A stretch of 63,980 nucleotides of DNA, counting the filler, from an uncultured Myxococcia bacterium (lineage in GTDB: Bacteria; CAZTWC01), in NCBI GenBank assembly GCA_964617105.1. It is 10 parts of 10 records of this genome, joined end to end, with 100 filler letters (N's around TTAATTAATTAA, not from the genome) between each part and the next. Parts side by side here need not be neighbours in the genome. Positions count along the whole stretch, not along the records: positions 26,596 to 33,062 come from CAZTWC010000221.1; positions 33,163 to 39,629 come from CAZTWC010000222.1; 8 more parts are not named here. One strand, 5' to 3'. How positions within the stretch are numbered: the stretch's first letter is position 1; each line of letters starts with the position of its first letter. A program made the translations under genes and the position numbers. Under the pieces are notes generated by a model. The model was not told the origin of the DNA. It did no database searches and saw only the letters and a program-made list of their open reading frames with translations. This document shows, in pieces, positions 27,985 through 38,160 of the stretch.

Positions 27985-29241
27985 TTAAAAATTATTCGGG
28001 ATTTTGATTCCTACCAAAGTTTTTTCATCGTCAAGATCTTCTGGATTTGATTGACTTGACTGACTTGACTCACGTATAGTTGGCTGGTGAGGGCTTTCTT
28101 CTCTTGGGGACCAATCAATCGGAGAGTTCTTTTTTTTAGGGGTTTGAGCCTTGAAAAAATCTTGATTAATTTGATGGAATCCTTCTATCTGTAGTTGCTC
28201 CAGAAAGGTGGGCATTTCTCCGCAGGTGGTGTAATAGCCTTCCACTTTTCCATTACTATCTTTTCCAGTAGTGATAAATGTAAATAGTTGCCGGAGTTGA
28301 TATTCTCCATTTTTATTGAGAGGAAGCATCTCCGATATATGGGTGATTTTACGAGAGCCGTCATTAAACCGTTGGGTGCACAGAATCAGGTTAATCGCAG
28401 CGGCCACCTGAGCCCTCACCGCGATTAAGGGCAGATCGATGTTGCTCATTAAGCAGAGTGATTCCAGGCGCCGGCAGGTTTCTATTGGAGTACTGGCATG
28501 AGCGGTACAAATTGATCCACCGTGACCGGTATTCATAGCCTGGATAAGATCAAAGGCTTCTTCGCCCCGCACTTCACCTATAATGATCCGGTCTGGTCTA
28601 AGGCGCAGGGAGGCTTTAAGCAAGTCGCGGATAGTTATCTCCCCTTTTCCCAGATTGTTGGGAGGTCTGGCCTCCAGGGGTACCAGGTGAGATTTTTGTA
28701 GTTGTACCTCCTGGCTGTCTTCGATAGTAACTATCCGTTCCTGGTCGGGGATATAGTTAGAAAGCACGTTTAAAAAAGTGGTTTTCCCAGATGAGGTGCC
28801 GCCGGAAATAATCAGGTTTTTTTTGGTAACCACGCAGGCCTTTAAAAATTGGGCCATCTTCCTGGAGAGGGAGCCAAATTTTATCAAACTCTCTATGGAT
28901 AGGGTTTCCTGGATAAATTTACGGATAGCGATTACCGTTCCTTTGCGGGAAACCGGCGACAGCAGGATACAGATCCGGGAGCCGTCGGGAAGTCTGGCAT
29001 CTAGTATGGCCCGCTCTTCATCCAGGGGACGTCCAACATATTGAGCGATATTTCTGGCGGCAGCAATAAGTCCGTCTTCAGAAAATTTCGCTTCGGTTTT
29101 GTAGAGTTTGCCTCCTCGCTCTATCCAAACTTCCTGGGCGCCATTGATCATAATCTCACTGACGGTAGGATCGTCTACAAAGTTAATTATGGGCTTTAAA
29201 AAAGCGCGCAGTGCCTGGGCATATAGATTTTCACTATCCAT
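27985..29241 (-). CDS. CpaF/TadA family secretion ATPase
   Basis: SEIMING, DARLPDGSR, GGTSSGKTT, TIEDS, LRLRPDRIIIGEVRG, AMNTGH. Confidence 0.92.
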   Translation of the reverse strand: MDSENLYAQALRAFLKPIINFVDDPTVSEIMINGAQEVWIERGGKLYKTEAKFSEDGLIAAARNIAQYVGRPLDEERAILDARLPDGSRICILLSPVSRKGTVIAIRKFIQETLSIESLIKFGSLSRKMAQFLKACVVTKKNLIISGGTSSGKTTFLNVLSNYIPDQERIVTIEDSQEVQLQKSHLVPLEARPPNNLGKGEITIRDLLKASLRLRPDRIIIGEVRGEEAFDLIQAMNTGHGGSICTAHASTPIETCRRLESLCLMSNIDLPLIAVRAQVAAAINLILCTQRFNDGSRKITHISEMLPLNKNGEYQLRQLFTFITTGKDSNGKVEGYYTTCGEMPTFLEQLQIEGFHQINQDFFKAQTPKKKNSPIDWSPREESPHQPTIRESSQSSQSNPEDLDDEKTLVGIKIPNNF

Positions 29242-29256
29242 ATTTAGCCTCTATGA

Positions 29257-29300
29257 TGTCAACCCGGCATTAAAATGCCGGGAATTCTTTTCGTTCTTAA
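29257..29300 (-). repeat. Dispersed palindromic repeat, copy D (perfect stem)
   Basis: Minus strand TTAAGAACGAAAAGAATTCCCGGCATTTTAATGCCGGGTTGACA; TTAA contains the upstream stop. Confidence 0.9.
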
Positions 29301-29884
29301 TTTTTTTTAATAAAGCTGGCTAAAAAATTAAGACGGTCTATTCCCCAAAAGAGTTGTTCCTCTACTACAAAGGTGGGAACATCGAATACTCCGTGATGGG
29401 TAGCGGTTTTAATGTTTTCATTTAATTTATTCATAATGGTGTCATCGTTTATTGCATCCATGAATTCCTGGGGTTCCAGGCCAGAAATTCTTGACAACTC
29501 CAGCAAGTATTTTTTGTGGGACAAATTTTTTCCTTCCCGCCAGTACATGGAAAAAGCCCTGGAGTCGTATACCGACCCCACCCCGCGGTAGTGTGCGATT
29601 ATACCGCCTCGCAGAGCCATGGAAGAGTCAATGGGAAAGGTTTTTGGAAAGCAGATGGGCACGTTATAAAAAGAGGACAAACGAGTCAAATCATCTTGAA
29701 TGTATTGCTCTTTAACCGGGCCGAACGGATAAGGTTGGCCGATAGATGAAAACAATTCACTCTGCAGCACTGGCTTCCATCGGAAAATTACCCCGGCTAC
29801 CGAGGATATTTTACTTAATTGGGTGCTGGCCAGATAAGAATATGGATCAGCGTAGTCGTAATAGAAAAGGACCTCTTTGCCCAT
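29297..29884 (-). CDS. DsbA/HCCA isomerase (kappa-GST) family protein
   Basis: FYYDYADPYSYLA, GVFDVPTFVV, FWGIDRL. Confidence 0.85.
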   Translation of the reverse strand: MGKEVLFYYDYADPYSYLASTQLSKISSVAGVIFRWKPVLQSELFSSIGQPYPFGPVKEQYIQDDLTRLSSFYNVPICFPKTFPIDSSMALRGGIIAHYRGVGSVYDSRAFSMYWREGKNLSHKKYLLELSRISGLEPQEFMDAINDDTIMNKLNENIKTATHHGVFDVPTFVVEEQLFWGIDRLNFLASFIKKN

Positions 29885-30085
29885 GGATTATTCTCCCTTT
29901 AGGGACGCCATAATGTTAATTTATTTTTCTGCGAGCCCATAGTATTACAATAATGTTGATATTATTTTTTATTTATGCTATAATAAATACTTTTTTAGAC
30001 TATCGTCTTGACAGTTTAATAAGTTTACCGATTTTAATGCTAAAGGTGCCTAAAGTCAAGAACTAGGAAGGAGCCTAAAAATAAA

Positions 30086-30895
30086 ATGTCAATAAATCGT
30101 CGTAAATTCATTCGTAAACATATCAATTTAATCATTAAAGTTGAAGGCGAAAAAGAAGATTTAGAATGTGTCACCAGAGATCTTAGTGCTGGAGGCGCCT
30201 ATATGTTGAGCGAAAAACTGTTCCCAGAACAGGAGATTGTATCTATGACCTTTACTCTGGAGGGAGTGGAGCGAACTTTTACCGTCAAAGCCAAGATCGC
30301 CTGGGCCAACCCGGGTGGACGAGTGATACCCCGAGGGATGGGCGTGGAATTTGTTGATATGAATGAGCATGATTTCCAGTTTTTAAAAGACTATGTAAAC
30401 AGCTATATTGAGGAGGAGGATGTTAAAAAGAAAGTAGCCAGTGGAGAGTTGTCTTCTGAACCAAAAGTGCAGCCCAAAGAGAAGAAGGAAGAAGTTCCGG
30501 AGCCGGAAGAGATTGAGGTGATTGATCCCGATTCCGAGGGAACTGTACTAATTGCTGATGATAGTTACGGCATCAGGATGAAACTGGTGCAAATGTTAAA
30601 GAAAAATAACTATCATGTAGTTGGAGAGGCTTTAGACGGTGTTCAGGCGGTGAAAATGTTTACAAAGTTTAACCCAGATTTTGTGGTTATGGATGTAAAG
30701 ATGCCCAACATGGATGGACTGACCGCCTTAAAAGAGATTAAAAAAATCGATTCCTCAGCCCGGGTGATTTTGGTATCCACCCTTTTTGTCCGGACCAAGG
30801 AGGTGGAGAATGCTACCATGGTCGGCGCTACTGCGTGCCTCCGGGTACCTTTTACCGAGAGGATGCTGATAAAACTTTTATCTGATTGTGTATAG
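30086..30895 (+). CDS. PilZ plus receiver domain protein
   Basis: RRKFIR and DLSAGG (PilZ); IADDS, MDVKMP (REC). Confidence 0.85.
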   Translation: MSINRRKFIRKHINLIIKVEGEKEDLECVTRDLSAGGAYMLSEKLFPEQEIVSMTFTLEGVERTFTVKAKIAWANPGGRVIPRGMGVEFVDMNEHDFQFLKDYVNSYIEEEDVKKKVASGELSSEPKVQPKEKKEEVPEPEEIEVIDPDSEGTVLIADDSYGIRMKLVQMLKKNNYHVVGEALDGVQAVKMFTKFNPDFVVMDVKMPNMDGLTALKEIKKIDSSARVILVSTLFVRTKEVENATMVGATACLRVPFTERMLIKLLSDCV

Positions 30896-30976
30896 TTAAT
30901 GATTTTCGTGATGGAGTGAATTTTCAGACAGGAACAGAGCACTAGATAATAACACTATTTCAGGAGGAAAAATAAA

Positions 30977-31294
30977 ATGCTGGTAAATCATCTCAATGTG
31001 TTGGTGGAATTGGAAAATCACGGCTTTACTGCCGATGAAATAGCGAGAACCAAAGCCAACCTGAAAGTGTTTCATAACCCTTTGGACATGGATATCACCT
31101 TGACCGTCCAACCCCACACCGAGAATTTGGCTAAGATGATAGAGGATAGCACTGGTCTGAGTGTTAAACCTTTCAAACCAGTAGGCGGGGGAGGAAAACT
31201 GGGCAAATGGTCCTCCTACACCCTGAAAAAGTCGGGGAATATGGAATCGGTACTAAAAGCGGTAAAAATATTTTTAGACAACAATACCCTCTAA
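30977..31294 (+). CDS. Hypothetical protein
   Basis: AGGAGG SD; 105 aa. Confidence 0.6.
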   Translation: MLVNHLNVLVELENHGFTADEIARTKANLKVFHNPLDMDITLTVQPHTENLAKMIEDSTGLSVKPFKPVGGGGKLGKWSSYTLKKSGNMESVLKAVKIFLDNNTL

Positions 31295-31311
31295 TTTTTT
31301 CGATAATCTAA

Positions 31312-32454
31312 ATGCAGTTCAAATTACGGGTAAGTTCCAGGAGAAGCCAGGCCAGGCTAGGAGAGATAGTCTTGCCCCATGGCACCGTGGCGACTCCCAT
31401 CTTTATGCCGGTGGCTACTCAGGCATCAGTTAAGGCATTGGTTTCCAGAGATCTGGAAGAGTGTGGTGCCTCCATAATTCTGGCTAACTCCTATCATCTT
31501 TACTTGCGCCCCGGTCATCAATTGATTCAACAAATGGGTGGACTCCACAGTTTTATGAACTGGTCCGGACCTATTCTCACTGATAGCGGCGGCTTTCAGG
31601 TGTACAGCCTGGCCAGGTTGCGGAAAATTTCGGAGCAGGGGGTCAAGTTTCAATCCCATATAGACGGCTCCTCCCACCTTTTTACCCCAGAATTATCTGT
31701 AGATATTCAAACCGCCCTGGGGGTTGATATAATGATGCCTTTGGACCAATGTCCGCCGGCAACCGCTGATCAAAAACAGTTGGTGGAAGCCATGGCTCGC
31801 ACCACCAGGTGGTTGAAAAGGTGTATTCAGCGTCACCAACAGCTGGAGGATGATAACTCCTGCGGTCAGCCGGGGGCTCTGTTTGGTATTGTTCAGGGTG
31901 GGATTTCTCCCCCTTTGCGGCAACGCCATGCTGAAGAGTTAGGCGCTTTAGGATTACCTGGCTATTCTATTGGCGGATTAAGTGTTGGGGAGAGCCAGGA
32001 GCAGTTACGGGAGATGGTGGCTTTTACTGCCCCGCTTTTACCCTCTGACCGGCCTCGCTACTTGATGGGGGTTGGAACTCCTATGGATATCATAGAATCG
32101 GTAAATTGCGGTGTAGACATGTTCGATTGTGTATTCCCCACCCGAGCGGCCCGCAACGGTACTCTTTTTACCAAACAGGGACGGCTGACCATTAAAAATG
32201 CCCGGTTTCGTCAGGATGCCCGGCCAATTGAAGAGGGGTGCCAGTGCTATACCTGCCGTAATTATAGCCGGGCTTACTTACGGCATCTTTTTATGGCGCG
32301 GGAGTTGAGCTGCCATTACTTGACTACCCTCCACAATCTTCATTTTTATCTGCAAATGATGCGCGAGATCAGGGAGTCTTTAGACCAGAATCAATTTCTC
32401 TCCTATTATCAGCAGTTCAAGGAGTGTTACCTTCAAAAAAGATGGAAAAAATAA
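31312..32454 (+). CDS. tgt: tRNA-guanine transglycosylase
   Basis: TPIFMPV, TDSGGFQV, FGIVQGG, GGLSVGE, DMFDCV, CQCYTC. Confidence 0.96.
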   Translation: MQFKLRVSSRRSQARLGEIVLPHGTVATPIFMPVATQASVKALVSRDLEECGASIILANSYHLYLRPGHQLIQQMGGLHSFMNWSGPILTDSGGFQVYSLARLRKISEQGVKFQSHIDGSSHLFTPELSVDIQTALGVDIMMPLDQCPPATADQKQLVEAMARTTRWLKRCIQRHQQLEDDNSCGQPGALFGIVQGGISPPLRQRHAEELGALGLPGYSIGGLSVGESQEQLREMVAFTAPLLPSDRPRYLMGVGTPMDIIESVNCGVDMFDCVFPTRAARNGTLFTKQGRLTIKNARFRQDARPIEEGCQCYTCRNYSRAYLRHLFMARELSCHYLTTLHNLHFYLQMMREIRESLDQNQFLSYYQQFKECYLQKRWKK

Positions 32455-33062
32455 ATTTGCTCAAGGGATTTTATTTATTGTTCCTTTTGTTATTTTTTGG
32501 CTGCAATTTTTATGAACATCCCCTGGACGGCCCAGTCAGAGCCATGGTTCTTGTTCCCCAACCGCCTGGTAAACAATATGCTCTAAAAGAGGTGCAGATT
32601 GATACCTTAAAAGATTTGCATGGTCTGCATGGTTCTGTAGCCACGCTGAAGGGGGGTGGGGCCATAACTATTCCAGCCCAGGGAGAGGTTTATTATGGAT
32701 TCAGGGAAAAGTTAAGGGCGCAAATTGTCCAGCAGGAGGGTAATACCCCCTACTTTTCCTACCTTTATAATCAGGGCCGGTATTTCCCAGAAAATTTTCA
32801 TTCTTTGGTAATGCTTACCGCCTATTACAATGTGGAACGTACCTATAATTATTTTCTCTCTCTGGGGTTGAAAATCAACCAAATGGAACCGGTTTCTCTC
32901 TTTTACTATCCCCAGGTAAAAATAGATTACGGCAATTCAGAGAGCAAAATTATTGAGGGGCATGCCTTTTTTATACGCCTGCTCAATATTATGGTTTTTA
33001 CCCTTCCCGGCAAGTTAGACCTGGTGCCTTTACCCGCTAACCAGGGAGTGATAGCCCATGAA
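32442..33062 (+). CDS. Lipoprotein, possible metallopeptidase, 3' truncated
   Basis: FFGC lipobox; ends VIAHE at contig break. Confidence 0.55.
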
Positions 33063-33162
33063 NNNNNNNNNNNNNNNNNNNNNNNNNNNNNNNNNNNNNN
33101 NNNNNNTTAATTAATTAANNNNNNNNNNNNNNNNNNNNNNNNNNNNNNNNNNNNNNNNNNNN

Positions 33163-33268
33163 CCGGATGGTAAAAGATCATCGCACCAAAATCGATGTGG
33201 GTAATGTGGATGCTGTTTTGGATGGGGAGTTGGATCGGTTTATAAAGCAGTATCTGATTAGCAACTAG
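33163..33268 (+). CDS. prfB: Peptide chain release factor 2, C-terminal fragment
   Basis: [31 protein letters not shown]; absent from the ORF track. Confidence 0.88.
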
Positions 33269-33311
33269 AATTCGGATGCATCTTCACCAGCGGACGCCGC
33301 AGGTGATCCCT

Positions 33312-35816
33312 TTAGGGATGTGTTTTTTTACGGTTCAGGATAACTCTCATTAAACTGAATAGTATCATCAATAGGGCCAATGAAACTATTTGACCGTAGT
33401 TGTTTGAGGTGGCTACTGGGTTGAAAGCGCAGCCCGATTCTGTCATGGCTATACCATTGCCGTTATAAATTTGACCTTGACCATCATGCTCCTCACTCTC
33501 AGATCCACTTTGACCAGGGGAAGTGTTTTCATTGTCATCACCAGGATTGTCGTTGTCGGTGCCGGTAGAGCCGCCGGTATTGCCTTGGCTGTTGTTTTCT
33601 TCCTCTTCGCCGTTGTTTTTGCCGCCACTTCCTCCGCTCTCGCTATTGCTGTTGTTATCGGGGTGGTAATCAGCGCATTGACCCAAAAGACATTTGTCAC
33701 CCATAGGGCAGTTGATACGGCGGCAGATTTCGTCACTACATTTTCCCAAATGGCAGATTTTACCGGCATCACAGGTGATGTCCATACACAGGTCTACCGA
33801 ACATTCTCCGTTTATACAGACCTGGTGACTGCGGCAGGTGACATTGGCACACTTGTCTTCAAGGCAACTACCATCCTGGCATTTGAAACCTTTCAGGCAA
33901 TTGACATCGGTGCAGGACTTAATACACTGTCCATCACGGCAGAATTCACCTGCCTGGCAAGTAACACTATAACAGAGGTCTTGTTGGCAAGTTCCGATTT
34001 CCCCATCTTTTTCGCCTGGTATGCAGACTTCTCCCACAGGGCAGTCTTTATCAGGTGAAAAACAATCTTTGTCTATACATTTTCCCAGGCGGCATTCCTG
34101 GCTTGGCAAGCAGATAAAACTCATGTTATCGCAGGGGTCTAGGCATTTACCGTTGGCACATATTTTTCCCTTTGGACAGGCGATTCCACAGCAGGGATCT
34201 TTAACACAGTAATTATTGACGCAAAAGAAACCATTGCCACATTCCCCCCGGAAACAGGGCATGACACATGAACCACAGAGGCAGACCGCCCCCGGGCCGT
34301 TGCAACTATCAACTTCATCCACCGCTAAATCACAGTCATCATCCTTGCCGTTACACACCTCCGGCGGAACTGGTGCAGCATTGCAAGCGGACCACTGGCC
34401 ATTTTTGCACACGCTCTGACCGGCATTGCAGGCGTTGGAACAGTCTTTCATCAACTCTTCGTCAACCTGGCCATCGCAATCATCGTCAATATTATTGCAT
34501 TTTTCCGGTGCCGGAATGCTGCCCATCACATTACAAACAGTCCCCTTATGGTCGGGGCTGCAAATCTTCTGGCCACTGGCTGCGCAAGCGCCAATACCTG
34601 AGGCACAGGTTTCACCCAGATCAAAACCATTGTCGGTTTGTCCGTCACAATCGTTGTCCTTGTTGTCGCAGATCTCTTTTTCTGGCTCTATTTTTGGGGC
34701 ATCACAGGTAATTTTACTTTGATCATTTGAACAGGCCATGACCCCAGAAGAAGTACATTCACCATCGCCGATTTGACAGGTATCATCCAGGCCGTCAAAA
34801 TTTTCATCAACCTGTCCGTCACAGTTATTGTCAAGATTGTCGCACACCTCTTTTTCTGGTTCTATTTTTGGGGCATCACAGATTACGCTGTGCTGGTCGG
34901 CCGAACACACCTTTGTTCCGGTAGCCGCACAAATTCCCTGGCCTTGATGGCAGGTATCGCCAAGACCGTCAAATCCTTCGTCCACCTGTCCGTCACAATT
35001 ATTATCTTTGCCATCGCATAACTCTTTTGTAGATATTTGGGCAATGGTATCCAGGGCGATCTCTATTTCAGAGGCGTTGTTGGCGTGGTAAAATTTGCTC
35101 CCACTACTCTTGGCTGTTCCTCCAGCCTGCACCATCTGGGTGAGGGTATTGGTGTCAACAAAGTCGCCAAAGCCAACCACGTATGTGTTTATTCCCTTGC
35201 TTTTAAGGGAAACAACCTGGCTGATAAGATCATTTTTCGTTCCACAATTTTCTTGGCCATCGGTGATTAACATTACAAAATTTCTACGGTTTGCATCCTT
35301 TAGAGGGGGATAATTGTTAGCAGAGTGTATGGCGGCGCCAATAGGGGTATGTGTGCCATCAGACGAGGTGTTCAGGTGGTTGATAATATCGTTGGCCTTG
35401 TTATCGCCAATATCAACTTTAATCTTTTCCGCGCTGCATTCTGGTGGAGTGGAGCAGAACAGTCCAAAAAAAGTGCATTTTTTATCCTCCTTTTTAGGGA
35501 ACATCAGCAAGCCGAAACGGATGGGATTTTTACTTCCCGGTTGGCCATGGGCGTTGACTATACCAGTGATGGCTCTTTTGGCGGCATTCCACTTGGTGAT
35601 CCCACCGATATTCTGTTCCATACTGCCGGAACGATCCAGCACTATTATTATATTAGGAGAGGAGCAGGCGGTGGTATTGGCCCAGGAGTTTTTTAGCCAA
35701 CCAGCCAGTGCCAAAGATACTATAGCGGATAAAATGGTTGTGGAGATAATTTTCCTCAACATGATTTTCCCCTTAATAGAAGTAAATATTAGGACGGTAA
35801 CTGCTATTTTTTCCAA
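33312..35816 (-). CDS. Surface protein: VWA domain, Cys-rich repeats, MYXO-CTERM-like anchor
   Basis: DRSGSM MIDAS, LITDG; five ExC[DN]xxD[ND][ND]CD repeats; SGC-TM-RKK C-terminus; likely start ~35762. Confidence 0.85.
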   Translation of the reverse strand: MEKIAVTVLIFTSIKGKIMLRKIISTTILSAIVSLALAGWLKNSWANTTACSSPNIIIVLDRSGSMEQNIGGITKWNAAKRAITGIVNAHGQPGSKNPIRFGLLMFPKKEDKKCTFFGLFCSTPPECSAEKIKVDIGDNKANDIINHLNTSSDGTHTPIGAAIHSANNYPPLKDANRRNFVMLITDGQENCGTKNDLISQVVSLKSKGINTYVVGFGDFVDTNTLTQMVQAGGTAKSSGSKFYHANNASEIEIALDTIAQISTKELCDGKDNNCDGQVDEGFDGLGDTCHQGQGICAATGTKVCSADQHSVICDAPKIEPEKEVCDNLDNNCDGQVDENFDGLDDTCQIGDGECTSSGVMACSNDQSKITCDAPKIEPEKEICDNKDNDCDGQTDNGFDLGETCASGIGACAASGQKICSPDHKGTVCNVMGSIPAPEKCNNIDDDCDGQVDEELMKDCSNACNAGQSVCKNGQWSACNAAPVPPEVCNGKDDDCDLAVDEVDSCNGPGAVCLCGSCVMPCFRGECGNGFFCVNNYCVKDPCCGIACPKGKICANGKCLDPCDNMSFICLPSQECRLGKCIDKDCFSPDKDCPVGEVCIPGEKDGEIGTCQQDLCYSVTCQAGEFCRDGQCIKSCTDVNCLKGFKCQDGSCLEDKCANVTCRSHQVCINGECSVDLCMDITCDAGKICHLGKCSDEICRRINCPMGDKCLLGQCADYHPDNNSNSESGGSGGKNNGEEEENNSQGNTGGSTGTDNDNPGDDNENTSPGQSGSESEEHDGQGQIYNGNGIAMTESGCAFNPVATSNNYGQIVSLALLMILFSLMRVILNRKKTHP

Positions 35817-36050
35817 TTATAAAATATTATTATCGATACTTTATAATAATTAGACAAAAGTGTAAATAGGTAGAATGATGGATATAGGATATTGAACTCC
35901 AAGATTAACCAGATTCCTTCCCCTGGGTCGTTGCCAATTTAGGAATCAGAGGAGAAGATTATGCATAAAAATTGACACTCAGATAATTATATGATATTAC
36001 TATATAATCAATGTAGATGATCTCCAAACCTCTCAGATGAGTAAGAATAG

Positions 36051-36815
36051 ATGCAACTCAAAATACTCGGATGTTACGGCGGCGAGGCTATTGGCTGTAA
36101 TTCTCCCGCTTTTTTACTCGACAACAATATTGCCCTGGACGCTGGAGGCCTGTCCTCTACCTTGAGCCTTGACCAGCAACTCCAAATCGACCATATCTTT
36201 ATCACCCATGCTCATATGGATCACATTAAAGATTTGACTTTACTGGCTGATAACGTAGTGGATAAGCGAAAGAGATCAGTTGAAGTTTACGCCAGCATTG
36301 AAACCATTAAAAATCTGAAAACTCATCTGTTCAACAACTGTATTTGGCCCGATTTTTCTGCTATCCCATCTTTGAGTAATCCGGCTATCAGGTTTAATCA
36401 AATTAATCCCCTGGTCTCTTTAAACATAAATGGATACGAAATATTTTCTGTGCCGGTGAATCATCCCATAAATGCAGTGGGGTTTATCATGCAAAGCGCT
36501 TCTGGCTCCCTGGCATACAGTGGTGACACTGGACCTACCGATCTTTTTTGGCAGGAGATTAATCAGTTAAAAGATTTAAAGGCTATTATTGTTGAAACCT
36601 CTTTTCCCGATAGGTTTGAAGAGTTGGCTGAGGTTAGCGGTCATTTAACCCCCAGATCTCTGCAAAGAGAGTTGAACAAAATTTTGTGCAGGGATATCCC
36701 TATTATGATTTTTCATCAAAAACCAGCATTTATCGATGAGATAAAAAAAGAGATTGCCAAAATTAAAAAATGGAATATTATTGTCCTCGAACAATCCACC
36801 ACCTACGACCTGTGA
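36051..36815 (+). CDS. Metallo-beta-lactamase-fold cyclic nucleotide phosphodiesterase
   Basis: LDAG, THAHMDH, FNNCIWPDF, SGDTG, SGHLTP. Confidence 0.85.
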   Translation: MQLKILGCYGGEAIGCNSPAFLLDNNIALDAGGLSSTLSLDQQLQIDHIFITHAHMDHIKDLTLLADNVVDKRKRSVEVYASIETIKNLKTHLFNNCIWPDFSAIPSLSNPAIRFNQINPLVSLNINGYEIFSVPVNHPINAVGFIMQSASGSLAYSGDTGPTDLFWQEINQLKDLKAIIVETSFPDRFEELAEVSGHLTPRSLQRELNKILCRDIPIMIFHQKPAFIDEIKKEIAKIKKWNIIVLEQSTTYDL

Positions 36816-36846
36816 CCATGGTCATAGTTAATTTCAAAAACAAGCA

Positions 36847-38160
36847 GTGAATAAACTTTTAGAGGAACTTTATTCTTTGAGACGCCTGGGAGTAAGACCG
36901 GGTATCCACGCTACTGCCAATGCCCTGGATCTTTTAGACCGTCCGGATCAGCAGTTTCCAAAAGTATTGGTTTCCGGGACCAATGGAAAAGGTTCAACCC
37001 TCACTTTTTTGGCTTCAATCCTGCAAAAGGCTGGATATAAAGTGGGCCGCTTTACTTCACCCCATCTGGTTGAATACAACGAGAGAATAGTGGTGGGAGA
37101 TGAACGGATCACTTATCCGGAGGTGGAGGAGTATTATAACCAGGTTAGAGAGGCTTGCCGGCAATATAATCGCAGCCATCTGGACCAGATAACCCTGACT
37201 TTTTTCGAATATACCACGGTAATCGCTCTACTTCATTTTGCCTGGCACAAAATTGATATTGCGGTTATGGAAATCGGGTTGGGTGGACGGTTAGATGCTA
37301 CCAATGCTGCGGACCCGATAATGGCGGTAATAACCCCCATCTCTTTTGATCACACCAAATTTTTGGGAAATTCCCTGACTTCCATTGCCCGAGAAAAGTG
37401 CGGGATTCTTCGCCAGAATATACCCGTGATTTCTGGACCCCAGCCTAAAGAGGCCATAGTGCAGATAGAGTTGGAGTGCAAAAAGAAAAACAATCCCTTT
37501 TATTACTATTCTCGAGATTTTAAAGTCACTGAAGGCGGCAATTTAACCTATAGCGATCCAGATGGAGAGTTAAATAGGTTGACGTCCGGCCTTAAAGGTG
37601 AATTTCAGATAGCCAACATGGCCACCGCTATAAAGGCTGCCCGGGTTTTAAAACAAGAGCATAAATATCAAATTGACGATGAACATATCAAGAGAGGATG
37701 CCATACAGCCAGATGGCCGGGACGGTTGGAGATAATACAGCACGATCCTCTATTGATACTTGACGGTGCTCACAACCTGGCAGCCGCTAAAACCCTGACC
37801 ACCAGTATTAAGCGGCTATATCCACAAAAAAAGATCAAATTGTTGGTGTCATTTATGCGGGATAAAAAGTACCAGGAGATGCTTAAGGAATTATCAGTTT
37901 TGACTGATACTATCTATTTGACTCGAATCTCTGATGGCCGGGCTTTGGATTTGGAAATATTGCTTCAGGAGGCTAGCCAATTATTTACCAGGGTAAAGGC
38001 AATTTGTCCCCCTGCCACTGCTTTACAATTGGCTCTGGATGAGGCCCAAAAAGATGATTTGCTCCTCTGTGCAGGTTCCCTATACCTGGTGGGGGAATTA
38101 AGACGTGAATTTATTGATCGTGACTGGCCAGGTTTTCCAGCATCTGATAATAGGGGATAA
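36847..38160 (+). CDS. folC: Folylpolyglutamate/dihydrofolate synthase
   Basis: GTNGKGS, FTSPHL, EIGLGGRLDATN, WPGRLE, LDGAHN, GSLYLVG. Confidence 0.95.
   Translation: MNKLLEELYSLRRLGVRPGIHATANALDLLDRPDQQFPKVLVSGTNGKGSTLTFLASILQKAGYKVGRFTSPHLVEYNERIVVGDERITYPEVEEYYNQVREACRQYNRSHLDQITLTFFEYTTVIALLHFAWHKIDIAVMEIGLGGRLDATNAADPIMAVITPISFDHTKFLGNSLTSIAREKCGILRQNIPVISGPQPKEAIVQIELECKKKNNPFYYYSRDFKVTEGGNLTYSDPDGELNRLTSGLKGEFQIANMATAIKAARVLKQEHKYQIDDEHIKRGCHTARWPGRLEIIQHDPLLILDGAHNLAAAKTLTTSIKRLYPQKKIKLLVSFMRDKKYQEMLKELSVLTDTIYLTRISDGRALDLEILLQEASQLFTRVKAICPPATALQLALDEAQKDDLLLCAGSLYLVGELRREFIDRDWPGFPASDNRG

Noticed and set aside
33449-35853. Many overlapping alternative-frame ORFs here and across the window
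   Set aside because: Shadows of well-supported genes, without motifs or ribosome-binding sites.
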